A stretch of DNA of 63,287 nt, the filler included, from Asterionella formosa (Eukaryota): NCBI GenBank assembly GCA_002256025.1. It is 13 parts of 13 records of this genome, joined end to end, with 100 filler letters (N's around TTAATTAATTAA, not from the genome) between each part and the next. Parts side by side here need not be neighbours in the genome. Positions count along the whole stretch, not along the records: positions 58,523 to 63,287 come from NKIB01013372.1; 12 more parts are not named here. The stretch is one strand, 5' to 3'. This document shows, one piece after another, positions 59,280 to 63,287 of this stretch. A program made the position numbers and the translations under genes. The notes under the pieces are model-generated. The model worked only from the letters and a program-made list of their open reading frames with translations, was not told the origin of the DNA and made no database searches. How positions within the stretch are numbered: the first letter of the stretch is position 1; each line of letters starts with the position of its first letter.

Positions 59280-61358
59280 CTACCAGGTACTAGATCTAAT
59301 TATAACTACCGGTAAGGCTGGGTGCACCCTGTAACAAACCCTTCGACTTACCCACCCACCCAACCTTCTTTCAATTAGTTCTTTGGTTTCAATGGCATTC
59401 TTTGTACATAGTTCGACTAACTCTCTTTTACTTTTCCCTTTCGTGTTTACTCCTTTGCTTAGCAGGTCCATTGTCAATGACAGCTGATTTTGGTCAGCAT
59501 TTTTTGTCCCAATCACTAGTACATCATGGCGACATAATTCAGCTTGAGTAGGGGTGAGCCAAAATAGACAGGGATCTGATTGTAGAAAAGTAAGGCATTG
59601 AGTATTGCCTGGATGTAGAATTGAATTGTAAGTTCCCAGGTATCCTTGTACTGTTTCTATTTTCGTTTCTCTCATCAACGTGTTCCTTCCTCAAAATGAC
59701 CTGTTCATTCAGGTTGCATTAAGACCATCAGGGCGTTGCTTTGAGTGACCAGATGATTGGTCGAAGAGGAATACAAAATGGTAAGTGGGGTGTAGTATCT
59801 CTTAAGGACATCTACACAATCTTCGAACTGACACACCATGTGTCCATAATTCCAGTATCCCTCCTTACTCTCTCCATACTCAAAGTAAACCAGAAAAGGA
59901 GATTTCTTTAGATCTTTTTTTAGAGCACTCCATAGACTTCTATAGCAGCTTCTTCGTCAGCATACTTAGAATGTAGTCTAGAATGATTGACTTGAGTTAG
60001 AAGATTAATGTCTAGTTCCCTAATCAGTCCATGTTCTCGAAAGATCAGGGAACTAACAATTAAACCGGAGCCCTCATCTTTGGGTAGAAGTGGTCTCTCA
60101 CCACTAGGTCCAGTCCACATCTTAGATGGCAGGAGGAATTGCCTGAAGATGGCCTCATCTTGGCCGAAAAAAAACCACATGGTCATTGGCTTGGTGGCAT
60201 CACTTGCTTGGCAGATGGTGCCTTCAAGAAAGTATTGTTGAACCTAGTAACCATTCGACTATGCCATGATTGCTGTAAAGGTTGCCAGTCGTTAGTGTAG
60301 ACTTCAACACCAACATTGTTCATTTCACTCATAAAGTGCATGATGCACTTCTTCCATGTCCATCTCATTCCAGTTTGTTCTTCATTTACAAACTTGTGCA
60401 ATGCAATCACCAAATATATACATCTTTCTTGAATCATAAATACATCATTAGAGCTGCATGCATTTTCCTTATCCCCTTCCTCAACAACAAGTCTCCAATT
60501 GCTTGAATTCTGATTCACCGACTCAAGCAGTTCAATTCTGTCCATGACGATGTCCTTCACATTGCAATTATTGTTGTATTTGCCACATGGCGAAAAAAAG
60601 AGCCAGGCATTGCCAGAAGTCCACCAATCGACAAATCCAGAAACATGTGGTTGATTTCTATCATAAAGCGAGTCAGAACGACGAGAATCATCTGCTGTAT
60701 TGTCACTATTCCTTGCTGCCTTCTTCACCAAAGTCGCATTTCTTTTATTGGCAGAAGGTGTCATCACCTTTGTGAAAATTTCATCAGAGACTACATTGCC
60801 ATCCTTCCTCCCACCACACAATCGCCTTGCAACACATGCATCCACCCACAAAGATGCATTCTTTCCAGATGGAAACTTGGGCTTGAATCCTGCTTCCATT
60901 GTCAGGTACACAAACTCACGCCAACCACTTCCTTTCTTACGATGACCACTATGCCAATACATTTCAATCAGAAGATTTTCCGCCAGAACCACTTTATTTG
61001 CCTTTCTTTCGGTCTTTCCATGAATTTTAAAAATCGTTCTTGTCAACATAGTCTTGGTGAACTTCATGTCATCTTCGACATTGAATCTCAGGTTCATTTG
61101 GTCACACAGCAGCTCGATTGGAATCCATTTCTGTTTGTAGGAACTTTCTGAATTGATACCATTAAAATAGCTCAAAATTAAATGAGAATATGTGCCCTTG
61201 CGGGTTCCATCGACTCTTTCTATTGTTAGTACAGACGATTGTGAATCTCGAACCGGAGTTGGATCTGCAAGATTGCAATGTGGTAGTATGAAGAAAAGCG
61301 ACTGGTCAATGATGGCCATTGCGTAGGTAAAACAACAAGCTTTTTTGCGCATTATCAT
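59280..61358 (-). mobile_element. Decayed large DDE transposase (IS630-Tc1-mariner-related)
   Basis: GQDEAIF...W......LLPKDEG.GLIVS...EYGESKEGYW...QFEDCVDV...FLFDQSSGH..RPDGL, spread over several frames with stops. Confidence 0.75.
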
Positions 61359-63287
61359 AAATTTTAGAAGGGTCAGGGATATCCATTGTATTAGGTCTAC
61401 ATGATCCTACCCAATGTCCTCAAAAATTGCACCCAGCCATACTGGACGGCACATGTAGACCGAAGCTGTGGTCATTTTGCTGAATTTGATAACGTGACAA
61501 AGGAATGGAGCCTAAGTTCTTCACACTACGCACTCCGAAATAGAAGAAGTCACTTTCAACAATTCCCATAGTCAAAATTTTTCCAGTTCTCCGGGTTTGT
61601 TATTAAAGCTAAAACTTGTTTTCGTAGTTTCCCGAAGATTTTGATGAGGCCATCAGTCAATAAAACCCTCAAGTCTAATAAACATGACAAAGCTAGCCTA
61701 GTGACTCTCCAAGCATGATGCTGTGTAGCCATTGCAGCATTTATTTTATAATGGCATCAGATGCTTTGTTGGGTTAATGACAGCCATTTGTTGGTTGTTG
61801 GATGAAGTGGTGCTTGAAACCTGTTGATTGATTATTTTCGTCGATTTCGAATGGCTGCAATTAGTTATAAACAACTCCTTGATATCTTTCTGTAAAATAG
61901 TCGTATTATTGGCATGACGTCAACATACTTCGAGGTCAACAGCACTGCGGAAAAGCGGAGCAAAAAATCTTGGTTAGCAGTAGAATTATTGTTGCTTGAA
62001 TCAGGCTTGTCATGGTGACAACAATCCCTTGTGTATTATAGCTTCATCGTGATGAAACTACTTGTACATGATTTTCAAAGTCGAAACGTACCAGATCCAA
62101 AGTCCGAACAAATATATTATAGTAACTTCGCAATATTCAACTTCTTCATCTCTCAGCCAATCCTGGTCACATTCAGACTTCAGCTCTCCATGCATACATT
62201 AGCTTAAGTCTAAGATGTGGCCAGGATTGGCAAGCAAATGAAGGAAATCGTCTTGCAATCAACATTTTATTTCCTTGCTCTCACTGGCAGCGACAAAACG
62301 AAATTAATTGAGCTGTAAGCATGCACAGTATTACAGCACCACATTTGCACCATTTTGATTATTACTCTCATTCCAGAGAGTGTACCTCGCCTTCTTTCCC
62401 CGCATGTGAGCCCCAGAAATCACCACGTTTCTTGGGTTGAAAATGGAGGGCACAGTTTTCTCTGCCAGGGCTGGTGATGCCAGAAAGCGTTACACATGCT
62501 CCCATACTAACCTACTAGAGTAGCTATTAGTCTTAAGACGATGATATAGAGATGAAATTAATATTTACATCTTATGTATATATCAACAGTTGACTGATGG
62601 TATTGAACATAATAGAAACTGGTAAAATATGTTGAAATCTCATCAGCAGCCCACGCTTCCATCATTCCAATATCACAATTCATCCTTTTGTGGTGTTGGC
62701 TGATACAAGCAATCAAGTCTCAAGTGATTTGTAGATTTTTTCAAATATTTTGCTATTGTTTTAGTTGTCTTTGTAGTCCTCGTGCAGCTTCTGTGAAAGT
62801 GTCAAATCTTTTTGTATCGTTTTTATTCTGAATTGCGCATTGTCTATAATGTCATCGGCGACTTCAATTTCGTTGTCAAAATTAGTAATAAGAACATGAG
62901 AGAATGGGCTTGGGAAAAGTAGAACGAAATATCGGAAAGTGTATCACGATTTTAGATAGTTGGATATGAGAAGCCTGGCAGGCGATGGCCAGGTTGAAAT
63001 GTAGGAGGAAGCCATGAGAAAGTGAAAGGATTTTTGGTGACATCCAGAGACTGCAGGGCATGTAGCCAGGATGATTCAAGGTATTTGGAAGAGGGGCGGT
63101 TAGGGAAGTGGAAGTGTTTCAAGAAGGGGGATGTGAAGAGGGGAGAGTAAGGGTGTGACGCTTGAAGTATGCACCAGGCCAAGCTTGACCAGCGCTGATT
63201 GCTTTTTCTAGTTGAGTCTTGAGTGTTGCTGGCTGTTGTTTGGAGCATAGGGAAGGTGGGATGGTGAGATCATCAACATCCACAGGA

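Overview
This window is not one locus. It is 13 unrelated contigs of about 4.77-4.79 kb, almost perfectly sorted by length and joined by 12 artificial 100-nt linkers (N44-TTAATTAATTAA-N44), so nothing can be inferred across linkers. The DNA is eukaryotic and very probably from a diatom: short GT-AG introns, signal-peptide+Phe plastid presequences, CoDi-type Ty1/copia elements, and diatom-style LRR, ARM, ankyrin, trypsin and GPCR families. Gene-dense contigs carry Gln-dependent NAD synthetase, a PTPS-III-type pterin enzyme, two tandem TPT-family translocators, a SYP7-like SNARE, MGDG synthase, a plastid SET/LSMT-like methyltransferase and a ThiD-ThiE fusion. The remaining contigs are rich in decayed copia elements, DDE transposases, MITE-like repeats and pseudogenes. 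The most notable observations are: (1) a two-copy tRNA-derived SINE-like element, one copy bounded by a perfect 16-bp target-site duplication; (2) a 'hypothetical' protein whose N-terminus looks like a TPP1/Tpz1/Est3 telomerase-recruiting OB fold; (3) pervasive intergenic (GGTACCW)n palindrome arrays, often next to a small TIR family; (4) a PGRL1 fragment missed by the ORF track; (5) ARM and LRR genes built from near-identical nucleotide units that show CpG decay. All protein assignments come from motif recognition by eye; no database search was run.
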